A stretch of DNA of 64,000 bases, taken from positions 1 to 64,000 of the IMG/VR virus record IMGVR_UViG_3300035689_000007, one strand, 5' to 3'. The notes below the pieces were generated by a model. That model was not told where the DNA came from, did not search any database, and saw only the letters and a program-made list of their open reading frames with translations. The translations under genes were made by a program, and so were the position numbers. This DNA comes from a virus. Shown here piece after piece: positions 53,101 to 62,100 of this stretch (position 1 is the first letter of the stretch; each line of letters starts with the position of its first letter).

Positions 53101-56100
53101 TATGCTGAAAGATATCCATCTTTATATCCTAAAGCATATTCTAGTTCTTCTGCTTCGTCCCATTTAGAAAACAATACTCCAGAATTCCACAAGTTATAAT
53201 CTACACCGCTCATGTTATAATCTGGAGAAAATCTTAAAAATACAGCAAAACCACTAGATGTTGGAACATTACCAAAATTCAAATAACCATTAACACCAGA
53301 AATGCGAACAGCGGAGTCAAACGAATCAAGTATTTTTCCATATAATTCGTGACTATTATCGGCCCAATCTAAACTGGTGTAATCTCTTATAGCGGTGGGA
53401 AATAATGATTCATTATTAAATCTTAAACCAAGATTTCTAACTAAACTAGAAGATAGATTTGCAGTAAACAAACCGCTTACAGTACTGGGAGCATCTTCCA
53501 AACTAGATAAAACATAATTATTGTGCGTATTGTTGAAATCATAATACCCAATAGTAAATGGTTGATCAAGTTGTGGATTACTAAAAGCAAAATCAAATGG
53601 AACAGGATCAAATGGGCCACCAAAAACATTACCGCTGCAACCGCGCCATCTTCTAGCATAATTTGTTTTTAGCGTCGTTTCAGAAGTTGAATATGCGTGT
53701 GGAATATTTTCTATTAGAGATAAAGGTGAATTTAAAATGTTGTATGGTGCGTCTACAGATTTTCTGGATGATGGATAAAGTCTATTTTGTCTTCTGGCTA
53801 TTTCCCTACTAAGAAAACCGGCGGTTGATAGTGGAAGAGCGCCACCGGGTTTATACTTGACAATGAGATTTGCGCTAGCAATCGAAGCGCCACTAGGAAT
53901 TGGATATATATCTATATATAAAGATTCAAAATAACTACTCATAGAGTAGTCTTTAGACATGCCCAATTCTACTTTGTCTTTGTATATCTTTAGTGGTACA
54001 GTATACTTAGTAAATGAAGTGCTATTGACTAGTGGAGATTGAGTAATTAAATAGTGATCTCCAGAATCGTTGGGAACAATATTTTTTGAGAAATATGATC
54101 GTTTATCAGATAGAGATTCTGAAGAAATTCCAAGATCATAAACGGGACCAAAACCAGATGTAGTTGGAATAGTTCCGCTACCAGTAATTGAATTTTGTAG
54201 AAATCCACCAACATCAGAAGTAATGAATAAAACTTTATCATCACTATAACCAACAACGTCTATTGGAAAGTCATTTGTTCCGATAGCTTTTTTAGCAACA
54301 ATTTCTAAGCTAATATCTTCAATAATAAAGAAAGAATCATCTCCATAAACTAATTCTATATCAGCTTTTTTAAATGGATTTGTATACGTGTTACCAAACG
54401 AAAAGTCACCACCCCTTGGAAGTTTTACAGAAAACGGTCTTTGATGCTCATATAGTAACTGAAGTTTGCCAGATGGTGCCGTATGAGAAACTATATTTCC
54501 ATCAACATATAGATTAGTAAGTCTATCTATAAGTTCTAATTGGTGTTTGTCGTCGTTAACAGTATTATTGTATGTAAGATTGTCAAGATCTGGAGAGGTT
54601 TCCCAAACATTATTTAGTCCCGTTGGATAAATATTATTATCGAATGTGTTTAGTAAAACCTTGGTTGGATATATAACTCTTTCTATCCAAGTTCCAGTAC
54701 TTTGAACCCCTAAGAAGAATGGTAGTTCAGAATCTCTCAATATACCTTCCGCTCTACCTAGATTAGCAATTTCTATTGCTGAAATTCTAATAGCGTTAGT
54801 AGGTCTAATGTGATAATCTTGAGATTGTGCAGATAATGGAGCGCCATCCACAGCAAGATAATCGTTTTCAGAAGTATTAACAAATTTGTCATTCAAATTG
54901 GCTTCAAAGGCAAAACCTTTGGCAAATTCTTCTGTAAATGGTTGATAAAAACAGTTGCCTGTAATGTCGAAACTTAACGTATATCCACTTGGTTCTCCGA
55001 GAATGGGATATTTTAATTTCCAAGTATTTAATGTTGCATAATTTATCTCTGGCTCGCTAACATATGTAATGTAATTAAATTGGTCTTTGTCTTCAAAGTT
55101 TGCCTCGCCACGAACTTGAAAATCTTTATATTTAACAATCAAATTGCCAGAAGGATCTTCAAACTTAATATTTGTTATGTCGTATAATGTTGGCTGATCT
55201 GTTTCATAATTAAATGTTGGCGCGGCGGCGCGGAAAAAAAAGAAACTTTCTAGTGGAGTAATTTCTGGAGTATTAACAAAGCACTTATACTTGAATGTGC
55301 CTTTAGTATAAATAGACGATGGAGTAATATATGTTGAGTCATCGTCTGAAATAATATTTCCTACGCGAGAATCTTTAGTAATATTACCTAGACACACGCC
55401 CTCATTAATACTTTCAAATAGATTAACCGGCTTAATTTTCTCATTAACAAGAAAAATATTATTATGTTCGACTGTAATATCTTGAATAGGAAATAATTTT
55501 TGTGTTGGCGTGAAATTATCAAATTGGTTTATTTTGTTAAAATGCCCATGTAATTTTTCAAAATATTTACTTTTAACAATACCAGAGCCAGATATTCTAG
55601 TCCTAAAATTATTAATAGGGCGATTAAGACTAGCTTTTAATTCAAATCTTGTAGATAGTCTAGATAGTTTAAGATTCCAAATACACTGTGGTCCTCTAGA
55701 GATAACTAATACAGAATTATTAGAGTCTAGTGGATCATAAACACTACTTGGAATAGCATCCCATCCACCACTAATAATGCTTGGACTATTTATATTGATT
55801 AATTGAGCTGGTAGATTTGTGGGAGATCTACGTATTAATAATTCGGATGATAATACTTTGATATTTCCAGAAACTTTAATAATTTTTGGAGCAAAGCTTG
55901 GAAAATTAGATACAGTATTAGCAAATAGAGAGCCAAATGTGGGTGTTGAATTAGTTCCAGACCCTCTCTTAAATCCAGAATATATTACACTTACATTAAG
56001 TTTACTTAGATTGCCAGTACCTCTTGATCTAACAAAAGGTTGTACTGTTTTTTTCAAAAACGCTTTGACTTTAGCGTCTGGCGCTATTTTTATTTTTAGT

Positions 56101-56126
56101 CTCGACGATCCATCACAAAGAAACAT
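44136..56126 (-). CDS. Giant (3996 aa) tail/adhesin protein with LamG-like domain and seven FG-GAP repeats
   Basis: LamG-like segment (YLNFG...GVLFSKW...IALTYND...LRLF); FG-GAP repeats FGKSV, LGYSL, FGHDV, LGYSV, FGYSV, FGYDI, FGNAI. Confidence 0.8.
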   Translation of the reverse strand: MFLCDGSSRLKIKIAPDAKVKAFLKKTVQPFVRSRGTGNLSKLNVSVIYSGFKRGSGTNSTPTFGSLFANTVSNFPSFAPKIIKVSGNIKVLSSELLIRRSPTNLPAQLININSPSIISGGWDAIPSSVYDPLDSNNSVLVISRGPQCIWNLKLSRLSTRFELKASLNRPINNFRTRISGSGIVKSKYFEKLHGHFNKINQFDNFTPTQKLFPIQDITVEHNNIFLVNEKIKPVNLFESINEGVCLGNITKDSRVGNIISDDDSTYITPSSIYTKGTFKYKCFVNTPEITPLESFFFFRAAAPTFNYETDQPTLYDITNIKFEDPSGNLIVKYKDFQVRGEANFEDKDQFNYITYVSEPEINYATLNTWKLKYPILGEPSGYTLSFDITGNCFYQPFTEEFAKGFAFEANLNDKFVNTSENDYLAVDGAPLSAQSQDYHIRPTNAIRISAIEIANLGRAEGILRDSELPFFLGVQSTGTWIERVIYPTKVLLNTFDNNIYPTGLNNVWETSPDLDNLTYNNTVNDDKHQLELIDRLTNLYVDGNIVSHTAPSGKLQLLYEHQRPFSVKLPRGGDFSFGNTYTNPFKKADIELVYGDDSFFIIEDISLEIVAKKAIGTNDFPIDVVGYSDDKVLFITSDVGGFLQNSITGSGTIPTTSGFGPVYDLGISSESLSDKRSYFSKNIVPNDSGDHYLITQSPLVNSTSFTKYTVPLKIYKDKVELGMSKDYSMSSYFESLYIDIYPIPSGASIASANLIVKYKPGGALPLSTAGFLSREIARRQNRLYPSSRKSVDAPYNILNSPLSLIENIPHAYSTSETTLKTNYARRWRGCSGNVFGGPFDPVPFDFAFSNPQLDQPFTIGYYDFNNTHNNYVLSSLEDAPSTVSGLFTANLSSSLVRNLGLRFNNESLFPTAIRDYTSLDWADNSHELYGKILDSFDSAVRISGVNGYLNFGNVPTSSGFAVFLRFSPDYNMSGVDYNLWNSGVLFSKWDEAEELEYALGYKDGYLSAYAKDSNGNLIELQDSISYENYQYPLSIALTYNDNQSRKLRLFTNSEIAAIASGTNILCDESNEFVLSSGNSDLLFGYSSGSGIGINAFISEIGISTHNDTGGGNLVYNANPDSSKQQDNIELFFNTHLAHFCNVNDSHINDRNKLWQFIDEKTEDWKLGAFKYCSFGVAYDIMKFRNGKDYLYHNFYNDGKTYQDRTNLTLPNSIHLSGISYHSQVENDMLRFSLSGNEDRLYSLPPRLVKNLPRSYIVAEDSLIVNSVVQHECDSTINWPNGKTGAKLIVSLYTPSKESVLFPTKNFGLISRSTHYLNPKDCWNKIESKFKLGDLKDNESEPWAFFDKTITYKEFEENYFVKDINQMFVQYDVIYPSGTYNKSQIKLHSVDIELNGINQSDEINNNLPIYESGKAYQEAPLPLYEVGYVSAFNNQINIYTSGVTYIEQSGIMSLISSGVFNSNVSMPLYTIQVGNASTSNSNFGSLFGNNNPLGMSLFVEGGYDNEEDSIICYVNGLIENTISNSLNLFSYDDVNQPAVDQLNFMLLAGFPLSAFDISTEESIGLYVLGPNRTWEPTSANIALYINSRPKEENINSQFPLYLYHVKPISKRDNELESFKWDGTNFGKEISLLDNQFASVPAIDEIRGVQTICYGNCDTISTIKCQEDQLITHDTLWYDPECVNGGVVRPITVYTNPDVGAFGTNIPYSGHFYGIRKFSNLIPQAPYTITITGKTGTDKILQVPREMTEWEYGTNEDVAYSGIQLTPSVNSSGNKFGKSVTVLDDRVMIGCPYENIFDETNYEINNAGKIYVYRKNPEPSGYDWSNQLDKSNFVLEQEIVLPTGWRRDYFYKRNISFRDRYGNLLPYTGIGTNWIVGQEGRQLGYSLDSARRNNTDILIAGGPGAEWSRTFAPIQTTPVTIGLFVFNNELVSDPDNANWRQILDQLSDRDLVYRYFCDPSVKFDIKVILCEPMLGSNIGIGETSKDFLEPKPPFVSKYLTHRHFSYNVNTPEYQEREDVILQELKDIFHEVFPLTSSAIHSGIPPLLGIYIDDSRSLGSKSLGYNIPFRKGALDKFIDYYKDYSKNNGLVDFDGDPAEGFVNVTVDVDENWIAQSINCLLDLTDIETLQENNVQKLIANNLGSFNENAGEFNYPPPSGGSVYIFERENNGQFKVVQEIKSPVSYTNDTSDRFGHDVAISDDGKVIAIGSPYSPHSVQVFEYNENFNNQLLNSLYFITSFLQPRYYEEINNATFGESYDLYSEYLEKLPITESIANLNLETYNKFSEGLRFAYFKFLENLQIKRYNLIYEMGVPIGFDAWSDLWANYIPTPRLGYSVDINSDGSLIAIGSPTDSLGERDYTQTWFRYDIKSGQETAFGGEPWQWQNYTNAGAIRLLESRNYYPHNKKVVEYYKFGNLHELLSPPQDSGLFSFTMNNLYNSMGYTFSRTSFAEGLKIPEDAGLAFIITPAINAASDEIIDNIRDWLSLGDRHLVLVGNDPKWEANGAYFNSNNIINYILEELDVNMRIYAARNQYEALMQNTNTFYNVQNSFVPAKSTPAIAYPVPLRGSGVGDIRLYDTNISDLYICDKPPSGSSDPFSFDFERKRTYRELHDKCEMPIVHEGDLRSKYIDQCEIMTPRGPAWISYERNFGFQYGTHNIVDWGCEGEERGKNPNFNTKSEPVPILSAYEAIPKTIIVPGSAPTEELRSKLVGYDSSTSVRTTFGNAVYSGVAFIWSNDDSNYTELNYNINNTVSNSLFFDPSEYNGNDAVLQARSTISNQSATKLINIKPNVCMIASEQYSTTSKIVLIAATMYESRNILLSSAGDRNINLYFNLLATDADGNAKVAQVGGFTNRTSYTDGYNKSDIQAQLTNVGIDMGDLNVLTQDLYDISKGYTAAWIANTDNMPSSEDIQNIKRFLDMGNKTLIITYGQEPSLGDEISNNTTYTYNLDSSSMTSTISAYNVRSANVAKYICEQLGLSMSPLFLEGKNKYADRSDIRTDNIGQLTSSLSIAANTYLYDGLDENSSFASSNSYVGYGDGAVTVPYSDRPPYPVPNGFTHEFVPINNRNAINLAFFDAPVTDTEQFSIGVPKFNTGITKVSFTVPEKLEEHDDYNLFKLRFNILKESSLEISPINLVVGNCLASEFVNTSVLNQPIGPVGRNILLVDTDENNNVKQTYVSAGYTKELYDSLDLYVQIPSGQETLDMYFTHSASYPLQQNPKQLRTVRLLSVSGVRIPSNTIISTARWPIYETEVVTIPGTPDTSYTQLFNREISTDSSKYCISNNRICSNDPPEGYGTPGVDIADGPVVMAQTVYHQGGYFNGYNKSRITVISDPSLIQGRTILSEGGNTINPNLAWFLASLYPNTNFNTTRSGRQYETAFKIISPERSSPSRLVNAYPENSGLNYRFGQFTSNSLPATKYSDLEGKIEIAGKKPPQPTDPMLPLFNSDIGHFRIELSPPPPYTEEEKAALRQAWYIDNFNIVEQHYGSTSKIQDTYNGTLYRDAGIYSRIPPILRAIGKDHLDLDVFYSGYPGDLFGYSVKIHKDKVYVGAPFSPYNTEEITPWSTIIASGMQHGKEVGFNGGAGAVYLIEKVGNVGSGLGSVNLSKQKTTGIPWTVTRKFRPEEISVGFSGLTTSNSSTVIGNNNYSNDKLKNLAFVSDMFGYDIALNGDILAISAPCHRFENYSEDTPAPFIRKEFNEQFDIQQRIIHDLAIPSEREQYGASGTVVFNHGAVFTYENKINNWGSKTQEWTPIHKLVAQGPYARIQNSGENTFFGNAIAIDRARRVDGDYILAVGAMNHPFSTSGNVFDNIGSTYAFDGMLRSLRPAFSHPDTFIAGRVYGEYQKPSDYTTFTFKNDNNFDQKVLFNGIVLSNINGEIFIEASGQDKVPRGYVVHRPYIEHIRGSFLHGTPVYEDINLFVDGAPPFVSGSLSLVNYGPESNNVYNMMDLYTFNLLQSSGNMPLIASGLASPSGVMELYSSGIAKTDTILQLRTRGSL
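44294..44304 (-). promoter_or_regulatory. Second copy of TGTGTATAATA, candidate internal late promoter
   Basis: Identical 11-mer about 160 nt upstream of the 44134 start, inside the 3' end of the giant gene. Confidence 0.4.
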
Positions 56127-56135
56127 ATTTATTCC

Positions 56136-59100
56136 TTATCGACCAACTGTTGATGAAGACTTGCTTAAAGTACCACCTTGTCCAACTTTATATTTACTGA
56201 TTTCTTTAGTTACAGCCTCAATGATTTGATTATTAGCATAATCTTTGATTGCCTTAAATATTCCACCATCCATTAGGTTGACAGTAACAGTAACAGGCGC
56301 TAATGTAATATTTAAACCTAATGAACTTAATCTATCTATATTAGCTTGAAATGCACCCAAAAACGTTGTCAAAGATTGAGAAAAATTGCTTAATGCGGCT
56401 AAATCTATTGGTGGTTGTGCGTTACCATTTGCGGGCGTAGTATTAGTCGCTATAGTAGATAATACACTTTGTAGACCACCAATAGCACTAATAATACCAT
56501 CTGAATTAAATGTTGGCATCATTTGTTGTGGACTAGCTCCAGAACTACTAGTATTTTGTGGTACTTGTGGAACATTGGTTACTGGTGGCGCAGGAGTTGT
56601 AGCGACGTTTGCTGGTGGAGTAGTACCAGTTTGAGATGGTGGAGTATAATTAGTATTTGCAGCTAATCTTGCTTGGAGCGCTGGGCTTCCAGAAACATTT
56701 GCAAGCAGAGCAGAAAATGGAGAACTTGGTGCAGGTTTAGACGCTTGTGCTTCTGGTTGAGCTTGAGCTTTTGGTTCTGGTGGTGGTGCAGCAGGCTGAT
56801 CGGCTTTTGGCGCTTCAGCACCTTCTGCGGCTTTACCAGCCTCGCCAGTTCTTTCTTTAACGTTTTGTACGGCTGCTTCCATTTGTTTCTTTGCTGCTTC
56901 TTCCAAAGCCCTAGCAGCATCTAATTGTAGCTTTGCTGCTAATTCTTGATTTTGTGCTGCTGGAACTAATTGTGCTGCTAAACCTCTAGCCTCTTCTTGA
57001 ATTGCTTTTTCTTCAGCGGTTGTTCCTGCGGCAACTTCTGCCATACCCTTGAGATCACCAGACATTCCAGTATTAGCCAAACCTGCTGCATAAGCGTTTT
57101 CTGTAACCTGATCTATATTTTGACCAAACACTTCTCTTACGCCAGCTTCTTTTTGTGCTTGTAATTGTTTTGTAGCCTCTCCAAAAGCTGTAAAACCAAA
57201 TTGACTAGTTAATCTTGGATCGCCAACCGCCGCTGCTGCGGCTGCTCCAGCGCCAGCTTGTTTGTTTAAAAACTCTTCTATATTTCCACTAAGTAAAGAA
57301 TCGATAGCATCTTTTTCAGCTTTGTTTTTAGCCTTAACAAGTTTTAGTTCTTGACGTTTAACATCAATTAATGCTCTAATGGTTTCTTGTTCTTTAGCTG
57401 CGAGGTCTGCTAGTCTTTGTTCTTGAGCTTCAAATTCTGGATTAATTTGTTGTTGAGCGCCCCTGTCGCCACTTGCTGCCGACTTTCTAACAGCACCAAG
57501 TTCTTCCATTTTTGCTCTAGTTTCTGCACTTCTTTGAGCAAATTCAGCAGCACTGCCTGTCTGTAGACCACTAACACCAGCTTGTGCTGAATCAAGATTT
57601 GCTTTATCTAATATTGCTTGTTTTTGCATTTCTGGAGTGACTGCCGCCCCTCCAAATTCTTCCATAATTTTAGCAGCTTCCATCTGAACATCAATAGTTT
57701 TCTTTTGAGCTTCAATGTATTTATTTTCAAGATCTATTCTTTGTTTTTGTATTTTGAATAATTGTTCTTCAGATTCTTTAACCTTTTGTAAGGCTGGAAG
57801 AACTTGAGATAATGTCTGTTCTCCAAGTTCTCCAAGAGCGTTCTGTAATGGAGCAAAGTTACCATCAACAATTTGTTGCATATCGTCTTCACTGAGTTTT
57901 CCACCCTCGATAGCTTTTTTAATTCTCTCTTTAACTTCTGGCGCAAAATCTTTTAGTTGATTAACAACTGCCTCTCCTAAAGCTTCACGTTTTTCATCTG
58001 CCGTGCCAGTACCACGGGCAACACCTCTCTCAAAATCTGCTTTTAATTTTGCTTTTGCTTCTTCACTCGCTTGAGCGAAGAATTTTTGAGCTTGATTAAC
58101 TGCGCCTAGATTTTCTTCAAATTTCTTTATTTGTGCTGGATCGCCACCAAGTTTACTTAGTTGTCCAGAAGCTTCTTGAACAGCGCTGTTCCAATCAGTA
58201 TCAGAAATACCTTGGGCAGCATTTGTAATACCAGCTTCTAGTGTAGATATTGTTTGTCCAAGTCTTGATGTGCTACCATCTTGTGCTTCAATAAGATTAT
58301 TAATTCCAACAGAGGCGGCGGAAGCTGCGGCATTTACATTATTAAATCCTAAGTTCATAGCATTAAAAGCTTCTCTTGTTCTTTGAGCTTCTTTAGCTAA
58401 ATTATTAAATTCCTTCTCCATTCTTTGTAATTCGCTGTCTCTACCTTTCGCCTTGGCTTCATCTTGTTCTCTTTCTAATGTTGCAACGACATTAGTTCCT
58501 TGTTCTGCGTCTCTTTGCTTTAAGAGATTAAGGACATCTTGAAAAGATCCGCCGGAATTAGCTGTTTGTCTTTGGATTAAACCTATTCCGGGTTTTGCGC
58601 TAGCAAGAACAGTTTTATCTAATTCTTTATTTGCTTTTTGTAATTCTTCTTGTTTTTGTACTTTTTGTTGTTTAACTTCTGCATTAGAATCGACAAATCC
58701 AAAACTTAGCCAAGCTAATGCTTCCCTCATATAACTAAATGTATCTTCTGCTAATTCTTTTTGTAGTGCGCTTAAAGCTTCTTCATTTGCCATTCTTGCT
58801 TCAACAGCCGCTAATTGTGCAGAAGAAGCAGCATTCAAAACATCAATAGCAGAAGCGGTGCCATTTCTAAATTCTTCCATTTTTTGTGAAGTAGCATCCT
58901 GTGCATCTTGGAATTTTTCAGTTGCTTTATTTGTTAAAGCCATAGCCTTGGCGTGTTTAATTATTATGTCGCCATCTACTTCTAAGCTAGCCGTCATTGC
59001 GCCAACACCAGCACCAATGATTGCTCCTGCCGCAGCACCAATAGTAGTTCCAATGACAGGAACAATAGACCCAACAGCAAGACCAATAGCAGCACCAGAA

Positions 59101-62100
59101 GCAGCACCAAGACCAACATTACCTAGTTCATCTCCAGTTGGTCTAACCATTCTTTCTTTGGCACCAACCTCTTCTTCGGCTTTTAACACAGCCGTATTAA
59201 CATCTCCCTCTTTTATAGCTTTTTCTTTTTGCGCTTTAGCAGCTTCAGCAATAGAAGATTGCCATAATGCAAATGCTCCTATAGCGCCAAGAACTGCGGC
59301 AGCTAATAATACAAAAGGATTAGCCAATACTGCTGCTAAATTAGCAGATGTTTCAGCCACTTCTGAAGCAGTATTTGCTGTATTAGCTCCAGTTTCTGCG
59401 CCCTCTGTTATAGTATTTGCGGTATTGGCTGCTGCATTAACTTTAGCAGCAGAACTCATTAATCCTACATTAACTAGCAATCCTTTAAAACCATCAACAA
59501 TGCCTCCAAGAGGTATTTGTTGTAATAAAAAGGCAACAGTAGAAAATTGTAAACCTAATTCTGAAATATTTTTCTTAAAATAATCCATTGATGTAGAATT
59601 TTCATCAATTGTTGGAGCAAGCATTGCTAATGCAGAAGTGACTGCACTAAATGCGGCAAAAGCGGCCATGCCATCTCCACCGCCTCTTCTTGGAGTTCCA
59701 CCACCACCACCACCACCACCACCGCCAGCGCCGCCCCTATTTCCAGCATCAGATGCTCTATTAGATGGAAGTGGAGAACTTGCCCCTTGAACAGTATTGC
59801 GTAAATCTGATCTGGCTGAACGCTCTGCCCTTGTTATCGTGGCTCTACGTTCTAATATTTCTTGCCTAGATCTTTCTTCTCTAAAACCGCCGCCACCAAC
59901 GTCTCTTGATTCAACTCTAGCTCTGTATTCTGGATCTGTAGCTAATCTTCTACCTCGTAAAATTGCTTCTGTTTTTTCGCCACCCTTAGTAAATCCAGCT
60001 TCTTGTAATTGTTGTTTTTTAGCTTTAGCTGCGGCAGTCTTATCAGACATTTCTTTGCCGGTGCGAACATCAATGCGAGACGCAGATGCTCCACTTCTAA
60101 TAGTTTTTCGAGCTTGATCAAAAGCTGCTTGAGCTTGAGCTTTAATTGCTTCTTTTAATCTTTCTCTTTCTTTTTGAATAGCGTCTGTAGCAGTAATACC
60201 TCTTCTAGCTAATTGTTCTGTACTAGTATTATAAGCTAATTCTTTATTTGTAGCAGATAAAATTCTCTGTTTTACATTAGCAATTTCTTGATCGATGTTT
60301 CTATCAACTTCACCACTAGATGAAACTGGAGATTTTGTAACATCTTTACTAGTTTTTGCGGATTCTTGTTTTACTTTAGTATCTTCTAACAAAGCTCTTC
60401 CATAAGCTTCTAATCTTTCTTGAACAATTACATGTTGTGCAGTATTACCATCTAAAGATGAAATATATTGACTAATTTCATCAATAATACCAAATTGAGT
60501 TAATGATCCAAGTTTATTAGCAGCGGCGTTGTCTTTAAGAGCCGTAATAAGTGGACCTCCACTAAAACCTATAACACCTTTAATTTGTTGACTTAAAGAA
60601 GCGTAGCCAGAACTTAATTCTTGATTAAATCCAGCAAAATTAGCTATACGTGAAGATAAATTTTTGGTAACTTTATCAAGAACTTTGAAAGTTGTGGATA
60701 CACCAGTGAATATACTGGGATCAAAATCCACAAACCCCTCACTACCAGATCCTAAAAATTGTGGCGGTTTACTTTTACCACCATTGGCAAATCTTTGAAC
60801 ACCAACTATGCCACCCTTTGCATATTTACCAACTTTATTCATACGGTTAAGAGAACCATAACCAATATTTTGAGCAGATTGTTTATTAATTACGAACTCA
60901 CCGGGAGTCAACAATGCCGGAACAGTATCTGTGCCGACATTTCCACCAGTAGCAAATCGTTTTACTGATCGATCAGCCCTTGGACCCTTTGATCTCATTG
61001 AATCAAGTGCTGGTTGTTTGCTTGCGCCCTGAGTAAATATCATGTTTGCGGTGGGTATACCAAACAATCCACCAAGGTATTCAGCAGCGCCCTTAACTCT
61101 TTTAGATTTGCTGATAATACTAATTTTGCGAGGATCTATTTGACCTGACTTAATTATAGCTTGTAGTTCTTTACCAAATTGAGTTAATGGAGAAGATTTC
61201 AAATCTTGTAATCTTTTTGCTTCATCTCTAAAATATGTTTGTAGAACAGATTGTTTTGCTTCTGGAGTTTTTGCTTTGGCGTATGCTAAATCACCAACTG
61301 TTCGTTTTAGAGTACGATCAATATCTACAGCGCCGCCGCCAGACTTTATTAACGCTTGAATAGCAGAACTTGGGTTTGGCAATATAGAACCAGATGCTTG
61401 TAATATATCATCAACCATTGGGGCTGTTGCCAAACCACCGGCAGCAAATTTTCGAATTATTCCTCCTAAGAATTTTTTTTGTTTTCTAGCAGATACTCTT
61501 TGTTCAGCGGTTGATGCCTTTTTTCTATTTTCTATATCTGAAGTAAATCCACCAACATTTTGTGATATTAGTTCATTGGCTAGTGTAGATCTAAATCCTT
61601 CTACAAGTTTATTTGTACCTTTTTTTGCTAAACTTCCAAGAGAATCTTCAGAAAAAGTTCTTTTGGCGTCTGATATTAAAGATGAATCTAAATTAAATAT
61701 TTGACCAGCAGACCCAAGACCAGAAGGAAAATCGAAAGTGTCATTTGGATTAATTTTATTTTCAGTAAATGGAGAATTAGACAAACCATTAACAAAAGCT
61801 TCAAAAATTCCACCTTCTATTTGTTCAATATTAGCTCTATTTAAAGCAGCACTAAACTTACCAGAATCAAATGGTGGATTATTTTTAAATGTCTGAGAAG
61901 CAAAAGTATTTGAAAAATTTGCTAACGATGTATTGATACCATTTTTATATTGTTCAGAAACTGTTTTAGATAATGAGCCAGATGTTATACCTATGGACAC
62001 ACTGTTAAATTTTCCAATTAATTCTTGAGTTAAAGTTTTAGTGGCAGATTTTCCAAGACCAGAAGTAACGGAGTTTAGCATAGAATTAATGCCAGATTTA

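Noticed and set aside
56480-56840. Pro/Ala/Gln-rich low-complexity stretch near the TMP C-terminus as a separate element
   Set aside because: Looks like a disordered in-frame linker with no DNA-level tandem repeat.
58858-60117. Plus-strand ORFs of 241 aa and 106 aa antisense to the TMP
   Set aside because: Shadow ORFs caused by Ala/Gly-rich codons on the coding strand; no RBS or recognisable motifs.
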